Below the pieces are notes generated by a model. It saw only the letters and a list, made by a program, of their open reading frames with translations. It searched no databases and was not told where the DNA came from. From assembly GCF_009914755.1 (NCBI RefSeq), contig NC_060933.1: 64,000 nt of DNA, one strand, 5' to 3'. The stretch's first letter is position 1, and the number at the start of each line of letters is the position of its first letter. Made by a program: the position numbers and the translations under genes. Origin of the DNA: the human T2T-CHM13v2.0 reference genome, Homo sapiens. This document shows, piece by piece, positions 12,401 through 27,100 of the stretch.

Positions 12401-15400
12401 TTCCATTCCATTCCATTCCAATCCATGCCATTCCACTCGTGTTGATTCCATTCTTTCCATTCCATTCAAGTTGAATCCATTCCATTGCATTCCATTCCAT
12501 TCCATTCCCCTGCAGTCGGGTTGATTCCATTCCATTCCATTCCATTCCATTCCATTCCATTCCATTCCATTCCATTCGGGTTAATTCCATTCCATTCCAT
12601 TCCATTCCATTCCAATCGAGTTGATTCCATTCCATTCCATTCCATTCCACTCCATTCCGGATGATTCCATTCCATTGCATTCCATTCCATTCCATTCCCC
12701 TGCACTCGGGTTGATTCCATTCCATTCCACTCCATTCCGTTCCATTTCATTCCATTCCATTGTATTCGGGTTAATTCCATTCCATTCTATTCCATTCCAT
12801 TCCATTCCATTACAATCGATTTGATTCCATTCCATTCCATTCCATTCCAGTCCTTTCCATTCCATTCCACTCGGGTTGATTCCATTCTATTAGTTTCCAT
12901 TCCATTCCATTCCCTTCCATTCCACTCTGGTTGATACCATTCCTTTCCATTCCACTCGAATACATTCCCTCCTATTCCACTCGGAACGTTTCCATTCCAT
13001 TCCATTCCATTCCATTCCATTCCATTCCATTCCATTACATTCCAATCGAGTTGATTCCATTCTATTCCATTCCACTCCATTCCAGTCCTTTCCATTCCAT
13101 TCCACTCGGGTTGATTCCAATATATTCCTTTCCATTCCATTCCATTCCATTGCAATCGAGTTGATTCCATTGCTTTGCATTCCATTCCATTCCATTCCAT
13201 TCCGGATGATACCATTCCATTGCATTCCGTTCCATTCCATTCCCGTGCACTCGGGTTGATTCCATTCCATTCCACTCCATTCCGTTCCATTCCATTCCAT
13301 TGCATTGTATTTGGGTTAATTCCATTCCATTCCATTCCATTCCATTCCATTACAATCGAGTTGATTCCATTCCAGTCCATTCCGTTCCAGTCCTTTCCAT
13401 TCCATTCCTCTTGGGTTCATTCCATTCTATTAGTTTCCATTCCATTCCATTCCCTTCAATTCCACTCAGGTTTTTTCCATTCCTTTCCATTCTACTCGAA
13501 TACATTCCCTCCTATTCCACTCGCAACGATTCCATTCCATTCCATTCCATTCCATTCCATTCCATTCCATTCCATTCCATTTCGTTCCATTCCATTCTAT
13601 TCCGTATCATTCCATTCCATTCCATTCCATTCCATTCCATTCCATTCCATTCCATTCCATTGTACTCGGGTTGATTCAATTCCATTGTATTCCATTCCAT
13701 TCCATTCCATTCCATTCCGTTGCATTCCATTCCATTACATTCGGATTGATTCTATTCAACTCCCTTACTCTCCATTACATTCCATTCCATTCGGGTTGTT
13801 CCATTCCATTCCATTCCATTCCACTCCTTTCCATTGCACTCGGGTTGATTCCATTCCATTCCATTCCATTCCATTCCATTCCATTCCATTCCGGATGATT
13901 CCATTCCATTGCATTCCGTTCCATTACATTCCCCTGCACTCGCGTTGATTCCATTCTATTCCATTCCATTCCATTCAATTCCATTCCATTACAATTCGTT
14001 CCATTCTATTCTATTCCGTACCATTCCATTCCATTCCATTCCATTCCATTCCGTTCCATTCCGTTCCATTCCATTCCATTCCATTCTATTCGAATTAATT
14101 CCATTCCATTCCATTCCATTCCATTCTATTCCATTCCATTGCAATCGAGTTGAATCCATTTCATTTCATTCCATTCCATTCCATTCCGGAAGATTCCATT
14201 CCATTGCATTCCATTCCATTCCATTCCCCTGCACTCGCGTTGATTCCATTCCATTCCATTCCATTCCATTCCATTCCATTCCATTCCGGATGATTCCATT
14301 CCATTGCATTCCGTTCCATTACATTCCCCTGCACTCGGGTTGATTCCATTCCATTCCATTCCATTCCATTCCATTCCATTCCACTCCATTCCATTCCATT
14401 CCATTCCATTCCAATTCTTTCCATTCCATTCTATTCCGTACCATTCCATTCCATTCCATACAATTCCATTCCATTCCATTCCACTCCATTCCGTTCCGTT
14501 CCGTTCTCTTCCGTTCCATTCCATTCTATTCCATTCTATTCGGTTTAATTCCATTCCACTCCATTCCATTCCATTCCATTCTATTCCATTCCATTGCAAT
14601 CGAGTTGAATCCATTGCATTCCATTCCATTCCATTCCATTCCATTCCATTCCATTCTGGAAGATTCCATTCCATTGCATTGCATTCCATTCCATTCCATT
14701 CCATTCCCTTCCATTGCATTCCATTCCATTCCATTCCATTCCATTCCATTCCATTCCATTCCATTCCATTCCATTGTACTCGGGTTGATTCCATTCCATT
14801 GCATTCCATTCCATTCCATTCCATTCCATTCCATTCCATTCCATTCCATTCCGTTCCATTCCATTCCATTACATTCGGAATGATTCTTTTCAACTCCCTT
14901 ATTCTCCATTACATTCCATTCCTTTCGGGTTGTTCCATTCCATTCCATTCCATTCCACTCCATTCCATTGCACTCGCGTTGATTCCATTCCATTCCATTC
15001 CATTCTATTCCATTCCATTCCATTCCCGAAGTTTCCATTCCATTGCATTCCATTCCATTCCATTCCCCTGCACTCACGTTTATTCCATTCCATTCCATTC
15101 TATTCCATTCCATTCCCTTCCTTTCCGTTCCATTCCATTCCATTCCATTCCATTCCCCTGTACTCGGGTTGATTCCATTCTATTCCATTCCAATCCATGC
15201 CATTCCACTCGTGTTGATTCCATTCTTTACATTCCATTCAAGTTGAATCCATTCCATTGCATTCCATTCCATTCCATTCCATTCCATTCCATTCCGTTCC
15301 ATTCCATTCCATTACATTCGGATTGATTCTATTCAATTCCCTTACACTCCATTACATTACATTCCATTCGGGTAGTTTCCATTCCATTCCATTCCATTCC

Positions 15401-18199
15401 ATTCCATTCCTTTCCGTTGCATTCCATTCCGTTCCAATCCATTCCATTCCGTTCCGTTTCGTTCCATTCCATTCCATTCCATTCTATTCGGGTTAATTCC
15501 ATTCCATTCCATTCGATTGCAATCGAGTTGATTCCATTCCATTCCATTCCATTCCATTCCATTCCATTCCATTCCTTTCCATTCCATTACGGATTATTCC
15601 ACTCCATTGCATTCCATACCATTCCATTCCCCTATACTCGGGTTGATTCCATTCCATTCCATTCCAATCCATGCCATTCCACTCGTGTTGATTCCATTCT
15701 TTCCATTCCATTCAAGTTGAATCCATTCCATTGCATTCCATTCCATTCGATTCCATTCGATTGCACTCGGGTTGATTCCATTCCATTGCATTCCATTCCA
15801 TTCCATTACATTCCATTCCATTCCGTTCCATTCCATTTCATTACATTCAGATTGATTCTATTCAATTCCCTTACACTCCATTATATTCCAATCCATTCTG
15901 GTTGTCTCCATTCCATTCCATTCCATTTCACTCCATTCCATTGCACTCGGGTTGATTCCATTGCATTCCATTCCATTGCATTCCATTCCATTCCATTCCG
16001 GATGATTCCATTCCATTGCATTCCATTCCATTCCATTCCCCTGCACTCGGGTTTTTTCCATTCCATTCCATTACATTACATTCCGTTCCATTCCATTCCA
16101 TTCCATTCGGATTGATTCTATGCAATTCCCTTACACTCCATTCCGTTCCATTCCATTTGGGTAGTTTCCATTCCATTCCATTCCATTCCTCTCCATTCCA
16201 TTGCACTCGGGTTGATTCCATTCCATTCCATTCCATTCCATTCCATTACATTACATTACATTACATTCCATTCCGTTCCATTGTACTCGGGTTGATTCCA
16301 TTCCATTGCATTCCATTCCATTCCATTCCATTCCATTCCCTTCCTTTCCGTTCCATTCCATTCCATTCCATTCCATTCCCCTGTACTCGGGTTGATTCCA
16401 TTCCATTCCATTCCAATCCATGCCATTCCACTCGTGTTGATTCCATTCTTTCCATTCCATTCAAGTTGAATCCATTCCATTGCATTCCATTCCATTCGAT
16501 TCCATTCGATTGCACTCGGGTTGATTCCATTCCATTGAATTCCATTCCATTCCATTCCATTCCGTTCCATTCCATTCCATTATATTCGGATTGATTCTAT
16601 TCAATTCCCTTACACTCCATTACATTCCATTCCATTCGGGTAGTTTGCATTCCATTCCATTCCATTCCTCTCCATTCCATTGAACTCGGGTTGATTCCAT
16701 TCCATTGCATTCCATTCCATTCCATTCAATTCCATTCCGTTCCATTCCATTCCATTACATTCGGATTGATTCTATTCAACTCCCTTACTCTCCATTACAT
16801 TCCATTCCATTCGGGTTGTTCCATTCCATTCCATTCCATTCCACTCCATTCCATTGCACTCGGGTTGATTCCATTCCATTCCATTCCATTCCATTCCATT
16901 CCATTCCATTCCGGATGATTCCATTCCATCGCATTCCATTCCATTCCATTCCCCAGCACTCGCGTTGATTCCATTCCATTCCATTCCATTCCATTCCATT
17001 CCATTCCTTTCCGTTCCATTCCATTCCATTCCAATCCATTCCATTCCGTTCCATTCCTTTCCATTCCATTCCATTCCATTCTATTCGGGTTAAATCCATT
17101 TCATTCCATTCGACTGCAATCGAGTTGATTCCATTCCATTCCATTCCATTCCATTACATTCCTTTCCATTCCATTACGGATGATTCCATTCCATTGCATT
17201 CCATTCCATTCCATTCCCCTGTACTCGGGTTGATTCCATTCCATTCCATTCCAATCCATGCCATTCCACTCGTGTTGATTCCATTCTTTCCATTCCATTC
17301 AAGTTGAATGCATTCCATTGCATTCCATTCCATTCCATTCCCGTGCAGTCGGGTTGTTTCCATTCCATTCCATTCCATTCCATTCCATTCCATTCCATTC
17401 CATTCCGTTCCGTTCCGTTCCATTCCATTCCATTCCATTCTATTCGGGTTAATTCCATTCCATTCCATTCCATTCCAAAACAATCGAGTTGATTCCATTC
17501 CATTCCATTCCATTCCCGTGCAGTCGGGTTGTTTCCATTCCATTCCATTCCATTCCATTCCATTCCGTTCCTTTCCATTCCATTCCATTCCATTCTATTC
17601 GGATTAATTCCATTCCATTCCATTCCATTCCATTCCATTCCATTTCATTCCAATCGAGTTGATTCCATTCCATTCCATTGCATTCCATTCCACTCCATTC
17701 CAGTCCTTTCCATTCCATTCCACTCGGGTTGATTCCAATGTATTCCTTTCCATTCCATTCCATTCCATTGCTATCGAGTTGATTCCATTGCTTTGCATTC
17801 CATTCCATTCCATTCCATTCTGGATGATTCCATTCCATTGCATTCCATTCCATTCCATTCCCCTGCACTCGGGTTGATTCCATTCGATTCCACTCCATTC
17901 CGTTCCATTCCATTCCATTGCATTGTATTCGGATTAATTCCATTCCATTCCATTCCATTCCGTTCCATTCCATTCCATTGCTTTGTATTCGGGTTAATTC
18001 CATTCAATTCCATTCCATTCCATTCCATTCCATTCCATTACAATCGAGTTGATTCCATTCCATTCCATTCCATTCCAGTCCTTTCCATTCCATTCCTCTC
18101 GGGTTGATTCCATTCTATTAGTTTCCATTCCATTCCATTCCCTTCCATTCCACTCAGGTTTTTTCCATTCCTATCCATTCCACTCGAATACATTCCCTC

Positions 18200-21100
18200 C
18201 TATTCCACTCGGAACGATTCCATTTCATTCCATTCCATTCCATTCCATTCCATTCCATTCCAGTTCGTTCCATTCCATTCTATTCCGTACCATTCCATTC
18301 CATTCCATTCCTTTCCATTCCATTCTTTTCCACTCGTGTTGATTCCATTCCTTTCCATTCCATTCGGTTTGAAGGCATTCCATTCCATTCAATTCCATTC
18401 CTTTCCATTCCATTCCATTCCATTCTATTCCATTCCATTGCAATCGAGTTGAATCCATTGCCTTTCATTCCATTCCATTCCTTTCCATTCCATTCCGGAA
18501 GATTCCATTCCATTCCATTCCATTCCATTGCATTCCATTCCATTCCATTCCCCTGCACTCGCGTTGATTCCATTCCATTCCATTCCATTCCATTCCGTTC
18601 CGTTCCATTCCATTCCATTCCATTCCATTCCATTCCATTCCGTTCCGTTCCGTTCCATTCCATTCCATTCCATTCTATTCGGGTTAATTCCATTCCATTC
18701 CATTCGATTGCCATCGAGTTGATTCCTTTCCATTCCATTCCATTCCATTCCATTCCATTGCATTCCATTCCTTTCCATTCCATTACGGATGACTCCATTC
18801 CATTGCATTCTATTCCATTCCATTCCCCTGTACTCGGGTTGATTCCATTCCATTCCATTCGACTCCATTCGGTTCCGTTGCATTCCATTCCATTGCATTC
18901 CATTCTATTCGGGTTAATTCCATTCCATTCTATTCCATTCCATTCCGTTCCATTCCATTGCAATGGAGTTGATTCCATTCCATTCCATTCCATTCCGGAT
19001 GATTCCATTCCATTGCATTCCATTCCATTCCATTCCCCTGCACTCGTGTTGATTCCATTCCATTCCATTCCATTCCATTCCGTTCCATTCCATTCCATTC
19101 CATTCTATTCCGGTTACTTCCGTTCCATTCCATTCCATTCCATTCCATTCCATTCCATTGCAATCGAGTTGTTTCCATTCCATTCCTTTCCATTCCATTC
19201 CATTGCCTTGCATTCCACTCGGGTTGATTCCATTCCCTTCTTTCCACTCCATTACATTCCCTTTCATTCCACTCGGAATGATTGATTCCATTCCATTCCA
19301 TTCCATTTCATTCCATTGCAATCCATTCCAATCCATTCCATTCCATTCCATTCCACTCGAGTTGACTTCATTCCATTCCTTTCCATTCCATTCCATTCCT
19401 TTCCACTCGAGTTGATTCCATTCCATTCCAATCCATTGCATTCCATTCCATGCCATTCCACTCGGGTTGATTCCATTCCTTTGCATTCCATTCCATTCCA
19501 TTCCATTGCATTCCATTCCATTCCATTCCGTTGCATTCCATTCCATTACATTCGGATTGATTCTATTCAACTCCCTTACTCTCCATTACATTCCATTCCA
19601 TTCGGGTTGTTCCATTCCATTCCATTCCATTCCACTCCATTCCATTGCACTCGGGTTGATTCCATTCCATTCCATTCCATTCCATTCCATTCCATTCCGG
19701 ATGATTCCATTCCATTGCATTCCGTTCCATTACATTCCCCTGCACTCGCGTTGATTCCATTCCATTCCATTCCATTCCATTCCATTCCATTCCATTCCGT
19801 TCCGTTCCGTTCCGTTCCATTCCATTCCATTCCATTCTCTTCGGGTTAATTCCATTCCATTCCATTCCATCCCATTCTATTACATTCCATTGGAATCGAT
19901 TTGAATCCATTGCATTTCATTCCATTCCATTCCATTGTATTCCATTCCGGAAGATTCCATTCCATTGCATTCCATTCCATTCCATTCCCCTGCACTCGCG
20001 TTGATTCCATTCCATTCCATTCCATTCCATTCCATTCCGTTCCGTTCCGTTCCATTCCATTCCATTCCATTCCATTCCATTCCGTTCCGTTCCATTCCAT
20101 TCCATTCCATTCTATTCGGGTTAATTCCATTCCATTCCATTCGATTGCAATCGTGTTGATTCCATTCCATTCCATTCCATTCCATTCCATTCCATTCCAT
20201 TCCATTCCATTCCTTTCCATTCCATTACGGATGATTCCATTCCATTGCATTCCATTCCATTCCATTCCCCTGTACTCGGGTTGATTCCATTCCATTGCAT
20301 TCCAATCCATGCCCTTCCACTCGTGTTGATTCCATTCTTTCCATTCCATTCAAGTTGAATCCATTCCATTGCATTCCATTCCATTCGATTCCATTCGATT
20401 GCACTCGGGTTGATTCCATTCCATTGCATTCCATTCCGTTCCATTCCATTCCATTCCATTCCATTCCGTTCCATTCCATTCCATTACATTCGGATTGATT
20501 CTATTCAATTCCCTTACACTCCATTACATTCCATTCCATTCGGGTAGTTTCCATTCCATTCCATTCCATTCCTCTCCATTCCATTTCACTCGGGTTGATT
20601 CCATTCCATTGCATTCCATTCCATTCCATTCAATTCCATTCCTTTCCATTCCATTCCATTACATTCGGATTGATTCTATTCAACTCCCTTACTCTCCATT
20701 ACATTCCATTCCGTTCGGGTTGTTCCATTGCATTCCATTCCATTCCACTCCATTCCATTGCACTCGGGTTTATTCCATTCCATTCCATTCCATTCCATTC
20801 CATTCCATTCCGGAAGATTCCATTCCATTGCATTCCATTCCATTCCATTCCCCTGCACTCGCTTTGATTCCATTCCATTCCATTCCATTCCATTCCATTC
20901 CTTTCCGTTCCATTCCATTCCATTCCATTCCATTCCATTCCGTTCCGTTCCGTTCCGTTCCATTCCATTCCATTCCATTCCATTCCATTCTATTCGGGTT
21001 AATTCCATTCCATTCCACTCGATTGCAATCGAGATGGTTCCATTCCATTCCATTCGATTCCATTCCATTCCATTCCATTCCATTCCATTGCACACGGGTT

Positions 21101-24100
21101 CATTCCATTCCATTCCATTCCATTCCATTCCATTCCATTCCATTCCATTCCATTTCATTCCATTCCATTCTATTCCGTACCATTCCATTCCACCCCATTC
21201 CATTCCGTTCCAGTCCATGCTATTACACTCGGGTTGATTCCATTCCTTTCCATTCCATTCTTGTTGAGTCCATTCCATTCCATTCCATTCCATTCGAATC
21301 CATTCCATTGCACTCGGGTTGATTCCATTCCATTCCATTCCATTCCATTTCATTCCATTCCATTCCATTACATTCGGATTGATTCTATTCAATTCCCTTA
21401 CACTCCATTACATTCCATTCCATTCGGGATGTTTCCATTCCATTCCATTCCATTCCACTCCATTCCATTGCATCAGGTTGATTGCATTCCATTCCATTCC
21501 ATTCCATTCCGATGATTCCATTCCATTGCATTCCATTCCATTCCATTCCCCTGCACTCGGGTTGATTCCATTCCATTCCATTCCATTCCATTCCATTCCA
21601 TTCCATTCCGTTCCATTCCATTCCATTCCATTCTATTCCGGTTAATTCCATTCCATTCCTTTCGATTCCATTCCATTCCATTCCATTCCATTGCAATCGA
21701 GTTGATTCCATTCCATTCCATTCCATTCCGTTCCGGATGATTCCTTTCCATTCCATTCCATTCCATTCCATTCCATTCCATTCCCCTGCAGTCGGGTTGA
21801 TTCCATTCCATTCCATTCCATTCCATTCCATTCCATTCCATTCCGTTCCATTCCATTCCATTCCATTCTATTCGGGTTAATTCCATTCCATTCCATTCCA
21901 TTCCATTCCATTCCTGTCGAGTTGATTCCATTCCATTCCATTCCATTCCATTCCATTCCACTCCATTCCAGTCCTTTCCATTCCATTACACTCGGGTTGA
22001 TTCCATTCTATTCCTTTCCATTCCATTCCATTCCATTGCAATCGAGTTGATTCCATTGCTTTGCATTCCATTCCATTCCATTCCATTCCGGATGATTCCA
22101 TTCCATTGCATTCCATTCCATTCCATTCCCCTGCACTCGTGTTGATTCCATTCCATTCCACTCCATTCCGTTCCATTCCATTCCATTCCATTGTATTCGG
22201 GTTAATTCCATTCCATTCCATTCCATTCCATTCCCCTGCACTCGCGTTGATTCCATTCCATTCCATTCCATTCCAGTCCTTTCCATTCCATTCCACTCGG
22301 GTTGATTCCATTCTATTAGTTTCCATTCCATTCCATTCCCTTCCATTCCACTCTGGTTGATTCCATTCCTTTCCATTCCACTCGAATACATTCCCTCCTA
22401 TTCCACTCGGAACGATTCCATTCCATTCCATTCCATTCCATTCCATTCCATTCCAGTTCGTTCCATTCCATTCTCTTCCGTACCATTCCATTCCATTCCA
22501 TTCCTTTCCATTCCATTCCTTTCCACTCGTGTTGATTCCATTCCTTTCCATTCCATTCGGTTTGAAGGCATTCCATTCCATTCAATTCCATTCCATTCCA
22601 TTCAATTCCATTCCATTCTATTCCATTCCATTGCAATCTAGATGAATCCATTGCCTTTCATTCCATTCCATTCCATTCCATTCCATTCCGGAAGATTCCA
22701 TTCCATTACATTCCATTCCATTCCATTCCCCTGCACTCGCGTTGATTCCATTCCATTCCATTCCATTCCATTCCGTTCCGTTCCATTCCATTCCATTCCA
22801 TTCCGTTCCGTTCCATTCCATTCCATTCCATTCTATTCGGGTTAATTCCATTCCATTCCATTCGATTGCCATCGAGTTGATTCCATTCCATTCCATTCCA
22901 TTCCATTCCATTCCATTCCATTCCATTCCATTCCATTCCTTTCCATTCCATTACGGAAGACTCCATTCCATTGCTTTCCATTCCATTCCATTCCCCTGTA
23001 CTCGGGTTGATTCCATTCCATTCCATTCCACTCCATTCCGTTCCGTGGCATTCCATTCTATTGCATTCCATTCTATTCAGGTTAATTCCATTCCATTCTA
23101 TTCCATTCTATTCCATTCCATTCCATTGCAATGGAGTTGATTCCATTCCATTCCATTCCATTCCGGATGATTCCATTCCATTGCATTCCATTCCATTCCA
23201 TTCCCCTGCACTCGTGTTGATTCCATTCCCTTCCATTCCATTCCATTCCATTCCATTCCATTCCCCTGCACTCGTGTTGATTCCATTCCCTTCCATTCCA
23301 TTCCATTCCGTTCCATTCCATTCCATTCCATTCCATTCCATTGCAATCGAGTTGATTCTATTCCATTCCTTTCCATTCCATTCCATTGCCTTGCATTCCA
23401 CTCGGGTTGATTACATTCCCTTCTTTCCACTCCATTACATTCCCTTCCATTCCACTCGGAATGATTGATTCCATTCCATTCCATTCCATTCCATTCCATT
23501 CCATTCCGTTCCATTCCATTCTATTCGGGTTAATTCCATTCCATTCCATTCCATTCCATTCCATTCCATTTCATTCCATTCCAATCGAGTTGATTCCATT
23601 CCATTCCATTCCATTCCATTCCACTCCATTCCAGTCCTTTCCATTCCATTACACTCGGGTTGATTCCATTCTATTCCTTTCCATTCCATTCCATTCCATT
23701 GCAATCGAGTTGATTCCATTGCTTTGCATTCCATTCCATTCCATTCCATTCCGGATGATTCCATTCCATTGCATTCCATTCCATTCCATTCCCCTGCACT
23801 CGGGTTGATTCCATTCCATTCCACTCCATTCCGTTCCATTCCATTCCATTCCATTTTATTCGGGTTAATTCCATTCCATTCCATTCCATTCCATTCCATT
23901 CCATTCCATTCAATTCCATTACAATCGAGTTGATTCCATTCCATTCCATTCCATTCCATTCCAGTCCTTTCCATTCCATTCCACTCGGGTTGATTCCATT
24001 CTATTAGTTTCCATTCCATTCCATTCCCTTCCATTCCACTCTGGTTGATTCCATTCCTTTCCATTCCACTCGAATACATTCCCTCCTATTCCACTCGGAA

Positions 24101-27100
24101 CGATTCCATTTCATTCCATTCCATTCCATTCCATTCCATTCCAGTTCGTTCCATTCCATTCTATTCCGTACCATTCCATTCCATTCCATTCCTTTCCATT
24201 CCATTCTTTTCCACTCGTGTTGATTCCATTCCTTTCCATTCCATTCGGTTTGAAGGCATTCCATTCCATTCTATTCCATTCCTTTCCATTCCATTCCATT
24301 CCATTCTATTCCATTCCATTGCAATCGAGTTGAATCCATTGCTTTTCATTCCATTCCATTCCTTTCCTTTCCATTCCGGAAGATTCCATTCCATTCCATT
24401 CCATTCCATTCCATTCCCCTGCACTCGCGTTGATTCCATTCCATTCCATTCCATTCCATTCCGTTCCGTTCCATTCCATTCCATTCCATTCCATTCCATT
24501 CCGTTCCATTCCATTCCATTCCATTCTATTCGGGTTTATTCCATTCCATTCCATTCGATTGCCATTGAGTTGATTCCATTCCATTCCATTCCATTCCATT
24601 CCATTCCATTCCTTTCCATTCCATTACGGATGACTCCATTCCATTGCATTCTATTCCATTCCATTCCCCTGTACTCGGGTTGATTCCATTCCATTCCATT
24701 CGACTCCATTCGGTTCCGTTGCATTCCATTCTTTTGCATTCCATTCTATTCGGGTTAATTCCATTCCATTCTATTCCATTCCATTCCATTCCATTCCATT
24801 GCAATGGAGTTGATTCCATTCCATTCCATTCCATTCCGGATGATTCCATTCCATTGCATTCCATTCCATTCCATTCCCCTGCACTCGTTTTGATTCCATT
24901 CCATTCCACTCCATTCCATTCCGTTCCACTCCGTTCCATTCCATTCTATTCCGGTTAATTCCATTCCATTCAATTCCTTTCCATTCCATTCCATTGCAAT
25001 CGAGTTGTTTCCATTCCATTCCTTTCCATTCCATTCCATTGCCTTGCATTCCACTCGGGTTGATTCCATTCCCTTCTTTCCACTCCATTACATTCCCTTC
25101 CATTCCACTCGGAATGATTGATTCCATTCCATTCCATTCCATTTCATTCCATTGCAATCCATTCCAATCCATTCCATTCCATTCCATTCCACTCGAGTTG
25201 ACTTCATTCCATTCCTTTCCATTCCATTCCATTCCTTTCCACTCGAGTTGATTCCATTCCATTCCAATCCATTGCATTCCATTCCATGCCATTCCACTCG
25301 GGTTGATTCCATTCCTTTGCATTCCATTCCATTCTATTCCATTGCATTCCATTCCATTCCATTCCGTTGCATTACATTCCATTCCATTCCATTACATTCC
25401 ATTCCATTCCATTCCCCTGCACTCGCGTTGATTCCATTCCATTCCATTCCATTCCATTCCGTTCCATTCCATTCCATTCCATTCCATTCCATTCCATTCC
25501 ATTCCATTCCGTTCCGTTCCATTCCATTCCATTCCATTCTATTCGGGTTAATTCCATTCCATTTCATTCGATGGCAATCGAGTTGATTCCATTCCATTCC
25601 ATTCCATTCTATTCGGGTTAATTCCATTCCATTTCATTCGATTGCAATCGAGTTGATTCCATTCCATTCCATTCCATTCCATTCCATTCCATTCCTTTCC
25701 TTTCCATTCCATTACGGATGATTCCACTCCATTGCATTCCATTCCATTCCATTCCCCTGTACTCGGGGTGATTCCATTCCATTCCATTCCATTACATTCC
25801 GTTCCATTCCATTCCATTACATTCGGATTGATTCTATTCAACTCCCTTACTCTCCATTTCATTCCATTCCATTCGGGTTGTTCCATTCCATTCCATTCCA
25901 TTCCACTCCATTCCATTGCACTCGGGTTGATTCCATTCCATTCCATTCCATTCGATTCCATTCCGGATGATTCCATTCCATTGCATTCCGTTCCATTACA
26001 TTCCCCTGCACTCGCGTTGATTCCATTCCATTCCATTCCATTCCATTCCATTCCATTCCATTCCATTCCGTTCCGTTCCGTTCCATTCCATTCCATTCCA
26101 TTCTATTCGGGTTAATTCCATTCCATTCCATTCCATCCCATTCTATTACATTCCATTGGAATCGATTTGAATCCATTGCATTTCATTCCATTCCATTCCA
26201 TTCCATTCCATTCCGGAAGATTCCATTCCATTGCATTCCATTCCATTCCATTCCCCTGCACTCGCGTTGATTCCATTCCATTCCATTCCATTCCATTCCA
26301 TTCCGTTCCGTTCCGTTCCATTCCATTCCATTCCATTCCATTCCATTCCATTCCATTCCGTTCCGTTCCATTCCATTCCATTCCATTCTATTCGGGTTAA
26401 TTCCATTCCATTCCTTTCGATTGCAATCGTGTTGATTCCATTCCATTCCATTCCATTCCATTCCATTCCATTCCATTCCTTTCCATTCCATTACGGATGA
26501 TTCCATTCCATTGCATTCCATTCCATTCCATTCCCCTGTACTCAGGTTGATTCCATTCCATTGCATTCCAATCCATGCCCTTCCACTCGTGTTGATTCCA
26601 TTCTTTCCATTCCATTCAAGTTGAATCCATTCCATTGCATTCCATTCCATTCGATTCCATTCCTTTGCATTCCATTCCGTTCCATTCCATTCCATTCCAT
26701 TCCATTCCGTTCCATTCCATTCCATTACATTCGGATTGATTCTATTCAATTCCCTTACACTCCATTACATTCCATTCCATTCGGGTAGTTTCCATTCCAT
26801 TCCATTCCATTCCTCTCCATTCCATTGCACTCGGGTTGATTCCATTCCATTGCATTCCATTCCATTCCATTCAATTCCATTCCGTTCCATTCCATTCCAT
26901 TACATTCGGATTGATTCTATTCAACTCCCTTACTCTCCATTACATTCCATTCCGTTCGGGTTGTTCCATTCCATTCCATTCCATTCCACTCCATTCCATT
27001 GCCCTCGGGTTTATTCCATTCCATTCCATTCCATTCCATTCCATTCCATTCCGGAAGATTCCATTTCATTGCATTCCATTCCATTCCATTCCCCTGCACT

